NCBI GenBank assembly: GCA_963753975.1
Contig: CAVWEH010000006.1
Span: forward strand, 1-64,000
Length of the DNA stretch: 64,000 nt
Source of the DNA: an uncultured delta proteobacterium
Lineage (GTDB): Bacteria; Desulfobacterota; Syntrophia; Syntrophales; Smithellaceae
Reading direction: 5' to 3'
The position numbers were made by a program, and so were the translations under genes. This document shows positions 10,156-18,792 of the stretch, piece by piece; the stretch's first letter is position 1, and each line of letters opens with the position of its first letter. The notes under the pieces are model-generated. The model saw nothing but the letters and a program-made list of their open reading frames with translations, did no database searches and had not been told where the DNA came from.

Positions 10156-11490
10156 TTGAGGATGCCCAATATAATGCTTGTCGGCAATGGCGCAAGAGAG
10201 CATGCCATAGCCGAAGCTATTTTACGTTCCAAACGAAATCCGCGTTTATTTTCATTTATGAAAGCCAACAATCCGGGTGTCGCGTCTCTGTCGGAAAAGA
10301 TTCAACTCGGCAGTTATTCTGATCTTGATGCCATTACCGGCTTTGCCAGGGAAAACAAGATCGACTTTGTCGTCATCGGTCCGGAAGATCCTCTCAATAA
10401 CGGTGTCGTCGATGCACTGACGAAAATCGGCATTCCGGCCGTCGGTCCCAACAAGAGCCTGGCGCGGCTGGAGACATCCAAATCATTCACCCGAAAGCTC
10501 CTGAGTAAATATCATATTCCCGGCAATCCGCAGTTTAAAGTTTTTACCTCCATTAATGGCGCGGAGACTTTTTTAAATGAACTCGAAGGTATCGTCATTA
10601 AGCCCGATGGTTTAACCGGCGGCAAGGGTGTTATGGTTCAAGGTGATCACTTTGCAACAAGAGAAGAGGCACTGAAAATATGCCGACAAATATTGGCAGA
10701 AAGCCAATCTCTGATTGTTGAAGAAAAATTTGACGGAGAAGAATTTTCCCTGCAGTGTTTATGCGACGGAAAAACGGTTGTAGCAACGCCGCTGGTACAG
10801 GATCATAAAAGACGATTCGATGGCGACCGCGGCCCTAATACCGGCGGCATGGGTTCGTATTCCATGGCTAATCATTCTTTACCTTTCTTAAAGCCGGAGG
10901 ATACTTTGACGGGCTTGGAAATAACACGTCAGGTGGCCGCGGCTCTGCTTCAAGAAACAGGCACCCCTTACAGAGGCGTTATGTACGGCGGATTTATCGC
11001 CACTAAAAATGGTGTAAAGCTTCTGGAATACAATGCGCGCTTGGGTGATCCCGAGGCCATGAATATCCTGCCACTTTTAAAAACGGATTTTGTGGATATA
11101 TGCCGCCACATTATTGCCGGAACTCTGGATAAATTAAAGATTGAATTTGAGACCAAGGCAACAGTCTGCAAATATGTTGTACCCAAAGGTTACGGCCTGC
11201 CTGCAGATCATCCCGATGCAGCACCTTCACGCGCAAAAATCGAAGTAGGCAATGTGGGAAAAGCCCGGCTCTACTATTCATCCGTAGATAAAAGAGAAGA
11301 CGGATTGTACTTGAGTTCGTCGCGCGCCATCGGCATTGTGGGCATTGCCGATACATTAGAAAAAGCTAGAAAAATAAGCGAAGAAGGCGTTAAAGCAGTT
11401 AAAGGCCCGGTTGCCTACCGTGAAGACATCGGCACGGAGACTTTAATTAAAAAGCGCATTGAACATATGAAAAAGTTGAGAAGTATTTAA
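10156..11490 (+). CDS. purD: Phosphoribosylamine-glycine ligase
   Basis: GNGAREHAI, IKPDGLTGGKGV, QDHKR, GPNTGGMG, EYNARLGDPE. Confidence 0.95.
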   Translation: MRMPNIMLVGNGAREHAIAEAILRSKRNPRLFSFMKANNPGVASLSEKIQLGSYSDLDAITGFARENKIDFVVIGPEDPLNNGVVDALTKIGIPAVGPNKSLARLETSKSFTRKLLSKYHIPGNPQFKVFTSINGAETFLNELEGIVIKPDGLTGGKGVMVQGDHFATREEALKICRQILAESQSLIVEEKFDGEEFSLQCLCDGKTVVATPLVQDHKRRFDGDRGPNTGGMGSYSMANHSLPFLKPEDTLTGLEITRQVAAALLQETGTPYRGVMYGGFIATKNGVKLLEYNARLGDPEAMNILPLLKTDFVDICRHIIAGTLDKLKIEFETKATVCKYVVPKGYGLPADHPDAAPSRAKIEVGNVGKARLYYSSVDKREDGLYLSSSRAIGIVGIADTLEKARKISEEGVKAVKGPVAYREDIGTETLIKKRIEHMKKLRSI

Positions 11491-11564
11491 TCAAAGATTC
11501 CCCCTCAATGGCCCTTGTAAAAAAATAATTTTCATATCTAATATTAAAGAATAAATGATTTATA

Positions 11565-12098
11565 TTAAGCTTTCGGTAATTGCGGAAACCTCTGGTCGAT
11601 TATTTTATTCCATACATCGACATTTTGCTTGTTTTGGGCAATCAACTCGGAAATATCGCCCTCGATTGTAACAGATTTTATTTTATCTCCCTGACTTATG
11701 GCATTGACAACATTCTGGTCAGCATCACCCATCACCTCGCCGAATACAGTATGTTTGCCGTCGAGCCAGGGAGTGGGGACATGGGTGATGAAAAACTGGC
11801 TACCGTTAGTGCCCGGACCGGCATTGGCCATGGAAAGAATACCCGGTTTACTGTGACGTAGTTCTTTCACAAATTCATCCTGAAATTTATAGCCCGGCCC
11901 GCCGCGGCCGCTGCCCTCCGGACAGCCGCCCTGAATCATAAAGTCGGGAATTACCCGGTGAAATTTTAAATTATTATAATAGCCGCGCCGCGCCAGATTG
12001 ACAAAATTACCCACGGTAACGGGCGTTTGTTCAGCAAATAATTCCAGCTTGATAGTCCCTTTATTCGTTTCGATAACCGCTTTCAATTCATTTTTCAT
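11565..12098 (-). CDS. Cyclophilin-type peptidyl-prolyl isomerase
   Basis: [41 protein letters not shown]; start placed at the ATG after an AAGGAG RBS. Confidence 0.95.
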   Translation of the reverse strand: MKNELKAVIETNKGTIKLELFAEQTPVTVGNFVNLARRGYYNNLKFHRVIPDFMIQGGCPEGSGRGGPGYKFQDEFVKELRHSKPGILSMANAGPGTNGSQFFITHVPTPWLDGKHTVFGEVMGDADQNVVNAISQGDKIKSVTIEGDISELIAQNKQNVDVWNKIIDQRFPQLPKA

Positions 12099-12182
12099 TT
12101 TATTCTCCTTCAAAAAGGCAATAAACTCGCAGCGCTTCAAACTTCATTACACCAATTCTTAGCAAGTTTCATTAAGCAGTAA

Positions 12183-12207
12183 ATATTGACTTTAAATAAG
12201 TCAATAT
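12183..12207. promoter_or_regulatory. Perfect inverted repeat, candidate operator
   Basis: ATATTGACTT-TAAAT-AAGTCAATAT upstream of the PPIase gene. Confidence 0.4.
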
Positions 12208-12220
12208 AAAAAGTACTCTT

Positions 12221-12245
12221 GGATTCCCGCCTACGCGGGAATGAC
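12221..12245. repeat. dRS3-type REP palindrome
   Basis: GGATTCCCGCCTACGCGGGAATGAC fits ATTCCC-N8-GGGAAT. Confidence 0.7.
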
Positions 12246-12306
12246 AACTTTTATTGTTTTGCCGCTTTCAGAGACGGCTCTCATCTTTTTTCATCAAGAA
12301 TTATTT

Positions 12307-13485
12307 TTAATGATGGAACAGCCTCAGACCGCAAAAGGCCATGACAATGCCGTATTTGTTGCAGGTGTCGATGACCTGCTGGTCGCGGATGGAACCTCCG
12401 GCCTCGACAATGGCGGTCACACCGCTGCGGTGGGCGCGTTCGATGTTATCACCGAAGGGGAAGAACGCGTCGCTGCCTAAGGCAACTCCTGTGACCTTGC
12501 AAAGCCACTTTTGTTTTTGAACCTTAGTTAAAGGTTTCGGCTGTTTCGTAAAAGTTTCGGCCCAGACATCGTCACCAATGACATCCTCTGGTGTGTCGCC
12601 CAAGTAAACGTCGATGGCATTATCGCGATTGGGTTTGGAAACATCATCGCGGAACGGCAAATTCAGCACCTTGGACATATGGCGCAGCTGCCAGTTATCG
12701 GCCTTCTGGCCGGCCAAACGGGTGCAGTGGATGCGGCTTTGCTGGCCCGCACCTACGCCAATGACCTGGCCGTCCTGCACGTAGCAGACGCTATTGGACT
12801 GCGTGTATTTGAGCGTGATGAGTGCTAACACCAGATCGCGCTCCTGCGCGTCGGTAAGCGTTTTGTTTTCGGTCACAATATTTTCCAGCATACGGGCATC
12901 TATTTTCAAATCGTTTCTCCCCTGCTCGAAGGTGATGCCGTAAACCTGCTTGTGCTCCAGAGAAACCGGCACGTAATTAGGGTCGATAAAAACTACATTG
13001 TAAGCACCGCCTTTTTTGGATTTCAGAATTTCCAGAGCTTCCGGTTTATAGCCCGGCGCAATGATACCATCGGTAACTTCGTTTTTGATAATCTGCGCCG
13101 TGGGCACGTCACAGATATCGGAAAGCGCGATCCAATCGCCAAAGCTGCTCATACGGTCGGCACCACGGGCGCGCGCGTAAGCGCAGGCCAAGGGAGAGAG
13201 TTTCATTTTAGGATCGATGTGATACATCTTGCGCAATACTCTATCCAGAGGGAAACCCAGTGCGGCGCCAGCAGGAGAGACGTGTTTAAAAGATGCTGCG
13301 GCGACCATACCGGTATTTTCTTTGAGTTCTTTCACCAGCTGCCAGCTGTTGAACGCGTCCAGAAAATTGATGTAGCCGGGCTTGCCGTTTAACACCTCAA
13401 CCGGCAGATTGCCGCCGTCCACCATAAAGATACGGGCGGGTTTCTGGTTGGGGTTGCAGCCGTATTTGAGTTGTATTTCGTTCAT
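12307..13485 (-). CDS. purH: Stand-alone AICAR transformylase (PurH C-terminal domain)
   Basis: Starts LKYGCNPNQ; SFKHVSPAG, DRMSSFGD, KYTQSNSV, GAGQQSRIHC, SDAFFPF, GGSIRD; no N-terminal cyclohydrolase domain. Confidence 0.9.
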   Translation of the reverse strand: MNEIQLKYGCNPNQKPARIFMVDGGNLPVEVLNGKPGYINFLDAFNSWQLVKELKENTGMVAAASFKHVSPAGAALGFPLDRVLRKMYHIDPKMKLSPLACAYARARGADRMSSFGDWIALSDICDVPTAQIIKNEVTDGIIAPGYKPEALEILKSKKGGAYNVVFIDPNYVPVSLEHKQVYGITFEQGRNDLKIDARMLENIVTENKTLTDAQERDLVLALITLKYTQSNSVCYVQDGQVIGVGAGQQSRIHCTRLAGQKADNWQLRHMSKVLNLPFRDDVSKPNRDNAIDVYLGDTPEDVIGDDVWAETFTKQPKPLTKVQKQKWLCKVTGVALGSDAFFPFGDNIERAHRSGVTAIVEAGGSIRDQQVIDTCNKYGIVMAFCGLRLFHH

Positions 13486-13488
13486 GAA

Positions 13489-14220
13489 TTATCCCTCCAC
13501 CGCTTGATATTTGTTGATAATAACGTCTTTGTAAACTTGGGTTTTAAGGTCTATGGCGCGCACAAAGAGGCTGACCTTATTGTCCTCGTTTAAGGCTTTC
13601 CAAACTTTGGCGGCGTAGGCATCCGGGTCTTCTTCGTCGACGGCCACGCGCAGAGGCTCGCCTTCAAAACTGGGAATCGGGCTACCGTTACACCTGTAGG
13701 TACTGACGAAATGCCCCTCACCGGCAAGGGGCTGCGGATAATCAAAGGTAAAGCGTTGGACGCTGTTTTCGTTGCCGCCGCAGCGTTTCAAAATACTGAG
13801 TTTATTTACACCCGTACGCATATCCACAACGCCGGAGATACGGGGCGTCCAGTTAGGCTTGTCATCTTCAAAAGTACGAGTAGCAAGTGCGGCTTCAAAA
13901 TTATATCCCGGAAACTTGTTTCGGCTCATAAAATCATAAATTGTGTTGGTCTGGTCGCCGTTGGTAACAATCGTTGTTTTATCGAACGTCAGAACGGGAT
14001 TGTAAATAATCAGATGCGGTTCGGTCATTTTGGAAGGGTCGGCCGCCATGGTACGGATGCCGCCGTCGATGGAGTCAAACACGCGGTTGCGACTGTTTAC
14101 GCTACGGCCCATGATAAAGTAGGCAATCATGGCTTTTTGGCCACCCGGGGTTTTACCGATGCAGATTCCGCGGCCAGGATAATCGTTCCCGGCCAGATAA
14201 TTGTATAAATTCTCTTTCAT
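13489..14220 (-). CDS. PurO-like IMP cyclohydrolase
   Basis: YPGRGI, YFIMGRSVNSRNR, IIYNP, VTNGDQT, FEDDKPNWTPRISG. Confidence 0.85.
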   Translation of the reverse strand: MKENLYNYLAGNDYPGRGICIGKTPGGQKAMIAYFIMGRSVNSRNRVFDSIDGGIRTMAADPSKMTEPHLIIYNPVLTFDKTTIVTNGDQTNTIYDFMSRNKFPGYNFEAALATRTFEDDKPNWTPRISGVVDMRTGVNKLSILKRCGGNENSVQRFTFDYPQPLAGEGHFVSTYRCNGSPIPSFEGEPLRVAVDEEDPDAYAAKVWKALNEDNKVSLFVRAIDLKTQVYKDVIINKYQAVEG

Positions 14221-14271
14221 TTTTTACTTCTCTCCTGAGATTATGGATAAGGGCTTTTCTTTTGCTGCGGA

Positions 14272-14300
14272 AGTATATGAAGAGAATTTTCGTATGTCAA
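14272..14300 (-). promoter_or_regulatory. sigma70 promoter of the purO-purH unit, related to the 45672 promoter copy
   Basis: Minus strand TTGACA-tacgaaaattctcttca-TATACT. Confidence 0.65.
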
Positions 14301-14409
14301 CTGGATTTGGGGAGGAATGTTAATTTTCAAATTGCAAATAATGGCCCAATGCGTTAGATACAGATAGATTTTTATACAATAATAATATCTCCATACACTA
14401 GGAGCTTTT

Positions 14410-14934
14410 ATGAAAACAAAAAGCCCCAAAAAAGAAAAAGTTTTAGTAAGCGTTGTCATGGGCAGTGACTCCGACTTGCCGATCATGACCGAAGCAGCTA
14501 AAATTCTCGAAGAGTTTGCCATCGGGCATGAGCTTATCCTGACCTCGGCACACCGCACGCCCGAGCGAACGGCAAAGTTCGCCAAAGAAGCGGCGAAACG
14601 AGGAATCAAAGTAATCATCGTCGGAGCAGGTGCGGCAGCTCATCTGGCCGGTGTAATTGCCGCACAAACGTCTTTGCCGGTCATCGGCATTCCTATTGAC
14701 GCTACCTCTCTGCACGGTCTCGACGCTCTTCTTTCCACTATACAAATGCCCGGCGGCGTGCCTGTAGGCGGTATGGCCATCGGCAAAGCCGGAGCCAAGA
14801 ACGCCGCCCTATTTGCCATCCGCATTCTTGCTCTTACCGACAAATCAATTGATTCTAAACTGTCAGCCCATATTCAGAAAATGGCGTTGGAAGTGGAAAA
14901 AAAACAGGAAAACCTTTCATGCCGGAAATCCTGA
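14410..14934 (+). CDS. purE: N5-CAIR mutase
   Basis: MGSDSDL, SAHRTP, GAGAAAHLAG, LLSTIQMPGGVPV. Confidence 0.96.
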   Translation: MKTKSPKKEKVLVSVVMGSDSDLPIMTEAAKILEEFAIGHELILTSAHRTPERTAKFAKEAAKRGIKVIIVGAGAAAHLAGVIAAQTSLPVIGIPIDATSLHGLDALLSTIQMPGGVPVGGMAIGKAGAKNAALFAIRILALTDKSIDSKLSAHIQKMALEVEKKQENLSCRKS

Positions 14935-15554
14935 GGGTAAGTACAAACAAGTCAGAAGAAAGTGTTTTGACAAGCGCCGCCGCTATTGTCGCCCGCGGCG
15001 GCGTTATTGCTTATCCGACCGAAACTTTTTACGGATTAGGTGCCGATGCCACAAATGAGAAAGCCGTAAAAAAAATTTATAAAATTAAAGGCAGAAATCT
15101 TATAAATCCCGTATCCCTAATTATCGGGCGAACTGAAAATCTTTATCCTCTGGTTCAGAGTGTCCCCCCGGCAGCTCAAAAGTTGATCCGGGCATTTTGG
15201 CCGGGAGCACTGACCATTATTTTTAAGGCTTCCGATGGAGTATTGCCGGTTTTAACGGCGGGTACGGGCAAAATTGGAGTGCGTGTTTCCGCAAGCTATA
15301 CCGCTCAGGCAATCGCGCAAAAGTTGGGACATCCTCTTACCGCCACCAGCGCCAATTTATCCGGCAAGCCCGAATGTTCGGAAGCTTCAGAAGTTGCGCA
15401 GCAAATCGGAAACAAGATTGATGCTATTATCGATTTTGGTCCCACAACCGGCGGTAAAGTTTCCACCTTTATCGATGTTACCTGTGATCCCCCGGAAATT
15501 TTACGCGAAGGAATAATAACCCGAAAATCAATTGAAAAAATTTTAGGAATATAG
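14919..15554 (+). CDS. tsaC: Threonylcarbamoyl-AMP synthase (YrdC/Sua5 family)
   Basis: YPTETFYGL, KGR, FWPGALT, TSANLSG, ILREG. Confidence 0.92.
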   Translation: MPEILRVSTNKSEESVLTSAAAIVARGGVIAYPTETFYGLGADATNEKAVKKIYKIKGRNLINPVSLIIGRTENLYPLVQSVPPAAQKLIRAFWPGALTIIFKASDGVLPVLTAGTGKIGVRVSASYTAQAIAQKLGHPLTATSANLSGKPECSEASEVAQQIGNKIDAIIDFGPTTGGKVSTFIDVTCDPPEILREGIITRKSIEKILGI

Positions 15555-15602
15555 AAGGCTTCCAACAGCGATCAAGGCCAAATCAATTAACTTACTTGTT
15601 TT

Positions 15603-16595
15603 TTAAAGAAGCCGTTCCGCACCAATTGTAGTTACCGTGGTTTTAATGACACCAGGAGGTTCATGGGTAAAAACGATCATGAAAGGAATTTGTCCGTTAG
15701 GCACAATTTTGTCATTGGAATTATTATTGCCTTCCGGCCTCGAAAGCTTTCTTAAAATCTCTTCTTCAGACAAATTCGTAAGTTCATCATCGGTCAGAAC
15801 ATTCCCGGCATAACTTGTGCGTTCACCTAAAACCACGGCAAAGGCATCAACTATCGCCCCTTTAATGACTATCCTGGAAATAGGATAATCGGCCTGATTT
15901 ACCGCCGTGCCTTCCATAACTCGAATTTGTCCCAGAACATAATTATTCACCATTCGCTGCCGAATGTCTTGTAACTTGACTTGCCCGATAACAACTTCCG
16001 GCCGTACCGCTTCCTCTTCAACGCCTATATATTTATTGGCAATTTTGATGAAGCGGTCGCCCAGTCGCGGGAAAATAAAGAAATAAATTACAACGGGGAT
16101 AACTACAATTACTAAGAGAGCCCACACAATAACCTTCCATGTTTTACGTGAACTTTTTCCGGATAACGGCTTCTCTTGTTCAAAATCTTCAACTTTGCCC
16201 CTTAAATCACGAAACGCCGCGCTTCTTTCTGCGCTCATGAAATTTTCTTTACCAATGCTTTCCCTGTGTGTTTTTTCCATCTCCAAGTTTACTTTATCGT
16301 TTAGAGTCTTTTTTGCCTCCATTACATTATCGAGAAAACGAACAACATCTTCATCCCGGTCGGAGACCGGAGGAACTTCCTTAGTCAAATCAGTGCTTTC
16401 TTTTCCCGGCATGGGTTCCTCCGAAAAAACAGACCCGGGGACTAACGGTGTTTCTAATTCCTCTTTTACAATCAGCGGATTGTCCTGAAAAAAAACGTGT
16501 TGGCAGCGACTGCAGCGCATCCATATACCATCGCCTTGCATCAGAGCATCATCAAAATAAAATTTTGTCCGACATTGCCTGCACTGAATAATCAT
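15603..16595 (-). CDS. Zinc-ribbon / DUF3426 membrane protein
   Basis: N-terminal CxxC...RCxxC zinc ribbon, one TM helix, C-terminal IPFMIVF. Confidence 0.7.
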   Translation of the reverse strand: MIIQCRQCRTKFYFDDALMQGDGIWMRCSRCQHVFFQDNPLIVKEELETPLVPGSVFSEEPMPGKESTDLTKEVPPVSDRDEDVVRFLDNVMEAKKTLNDKVNLEMEKTHRESIGKENFMSAERSAAFRDLRGKVEDFEQEKPLSGKSSRKTWKVIVWALLVIVVIPVVIYFFIFPRLGDRFIKIANKYIGVEEEAVRPEVVIGQVKLQDIRQRMVNNYVLGQIRVMEGTAVNQADYPISRIVIKGAIVDAFAVVLGERTSYAGNVLTDDELTNLSEEEILRKLSRPEGNNNSNDKIVPNGQIPFMIVFTHEPPGVIKTTVTTIGAERLL

Positions 16596-16610
16596 TCTCT
16601 ATCCTCTTGG

Positions 16611-17135
16611 CTACTGCTTAATAACATAAATCTCGGGCAAAAAGCGGTAACGTTCAGAGAAATCTAAGCCATAACCGACTAAAAATCCATCATCTATTGT
16701 AAAGCCTACATAATCAGCTTCAAAAGATACTTTTCTTTTTTTGCGTTTATCTAACAGAGCACATACCTTAAGCGAATGGGGATTTCTTTCCTTAAGCCAT
16801 TCGACCAGATATTTTAAGGTCAACCCTGTGTCAATTATGTCTTCGACAATCAGTATATCTCTGCCGTTAATGGAAGTTTCTATATCCTTGGTCATTACTG
16901 TTTTGCCCGAGGTTTCCGAACCTGAGCCATAACTGACCACGCGGACGAAATCGATCCTGCAGGGAATGCTCAGGGCCCGGACTAAATCAGCCATAAAAAT
17001 GAACGCCCCTTTAAGAATTCCGATGACGATCAATTCCCGGCCGGTGTAATCACCGGATATCTGGTCGGCTAATTCTTTTACGCGCTTTTGAATCATCTTA
17101 TAAGGAAAAAGGATTTCCCTGGACATGTCGTTCAT
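16611..17135 (-). CDS. hpt: Hypoxanthine phosphoribosyltransferase
   Basis: ILKGAFIFMADL, IVEDIIDTGLT, FLVGYGLD. Confidence 0.95.
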   Translation of the reverse strand: MNDMSREILFPYKMIQKRVKELADQISGDYTGRELIVIGILKGAFIFMADLVRALSIPCRIDFVRVVSYGSGSETSGKTVMTKDIETSINGRDILIVEDIIDTGLTLKYLVEWLKERNPHSLKVCALLDKRKKRKVSFEADYVGFTIDDGFLVGYGLDFSERYRFLPEIYVIKQ

Positions 17136-17204
17136 TATGTCGTTTCTCTTTTAATTATTTCAGGCCGTACACTACCCAATATGAGTATTATCTGTCAATA
17201 AAAA

Positions 17205-18023
17205 TCAAAAGACGCCCTGATAAGTGGAAATAAAATTTTCAATATTTGATGAAACCAGTTTTTCCGCCAATTCAATTTCCTGGACATTTTTAAAGGCTGA
17301 AGACAAGCTCAAGAATATTCTATCAAATTTTGATATCTCCTTACCTAACCTTGCATAATCGATATAACTAATCATGTATTGCGATCCATCAAAATAATAT
17401 TTACCCAGCCTGTTTACTTCCGGAGAACGAAACGGCCAGGTTATTTTCCAATCAAAATATTGACGGGCAATACTTTTTAGCGCCGCGTTATCAAATACTT
17501 CCGGCTTCAACTCCCCGCCAATCTTATCGGCGAGTATTCGAAAATATGTTTTTACCAAGTCAATGTCTGTCAGACAAAGGCCGTAAAGATACCAATCATC
17601 AATTATTTTTATCAGCACTTGAGCTTGAGACGTGGAGATAAAGTGATGGCTGGGACAAAGATGACCGGCACAAAGTTCCCGGCCATAAAACGAAACAGTG
17701 CGTAAATCAATGCCTGAGTTTTGCGCCGGATGCAAGAGACAGCCTACTTTCCTCTCTTCGCTATCCAGAAAACCAAGATATTCGCAGCAATAAATCACCT
17801 CATATCTCTTTTTAAAATCTTCGTGGTTTAACGTTTCGCCGGCATAATATTCGATATCGCCCGGTTTTTTCACTAGTTTACGGAAGCGCTGTGTACGTGC
17901 GCGTAATCTTTTTTTAAGAGAAGAACGGGAGCTATCCGCATAATTATATAAACCGCAACAAGCACCGCATGATTTGTTATCATCAGGCTGACAAAAGATG
18001 CCTAAATTATTATCTGCTTTCAA
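17205..18023 (-). CDS. Cys-rich hypothetical protein (possible metal or Fe-S binding)
   Basis: 272-aa ORF with CGACCG, CCEYLG, GCLLHP, LCAGHLCP. Confidence 0.6.
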   Translation of the reverse strand: MKADNNLGIFCQPDDNKSCGACCGLYNYADSSRSSLKKRLRARTQRFRKLVKKPGDIEYYAGETLNHEDFKKRYEVIYCCEYLGFLDSEERKVGCLLHPAQNSGIDLRTVSFYGRELCAGHLCPSHHFISTSQAQVLIKIIDDWYLYGLCLTDIDLVKTYFRILADKIGGELKPEVFDNAALKSIARQYFDWKITWPFRSPEVNRLGKYYFDGSQYMISYIDYARLGKEISKFDRIFLSLSSAFKNVQEIELAEKLVSSNIENFISTYQGVF

Positions 18024-18398
18024 TTAAACACCTTATTCTTTTCAGACAAGGAATAACCTGAAAAATAGCTAAATATCTTATATTACTTTTTTATTTAACG
18101 GCTCACTCCAATACAATAGTTTTTGATCCAGAAACAAGTATTTTGTTTTTCACGCGTACATGAACAATATTTCCGTCGTGATTAAAAATGAAATTGGAAA
18201 TCTTCGCCGCGAGCCCTTTGCTATCGGAACAGGATAAAAGTAAAATGGCATTGGCATTATTCATACGGCGGCTTCATTTTCATGAATTTTGAAACTTGCG
18301 GTTGTGCATTAAATATAGAAGGATTGGCGTTGCAGGTCAAGAGTAAAAATGGTAAGGACAGCACCCCTGTATGGAATCATGCTCGGAATATAAAACAA

Positions 18399-18792
18399 AT
18401 GAAATTAATTGAAGAAATAAACCTGGCTAACGGCCTGAAGTTGAATATTTTTGATTTATCGCGTCCCATAGCTGCCGACACGGTTAAGGTGGAAATTTCC
18501 ATTCAGTCCAAAATAGATTTAAAAAAATCTTATTTTTCCGACTCACGAGATTATCATCAGGTAAAAAGAATCTTTGGCGATAATTTTTCCTACGAATACA
18601 AAATGGAAAGATCTTTTGTGGCTAAAGAAAATCAGGAGGCTATCCGCGAGGAATTACTCTGCACGTTCAAAAGCAATTCTTTGTCATTACCTTTCTTCGG
18701 CAAATTTTCCACAAAAGCTCGCACTGGCAACTCTCAGGGATATCAAAAACAATCCTTACAAATATAAACATAAGCGGGAAACCGAAGAATGA
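18399..18792 (+). CDS. Hypothetical protein, one frameshift near 18684
   Basis: MKLIEEINLANGL frame continues into the HYLSSANFPQKL frame, whose stop overlaps the next start. Confidence 0.55.
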
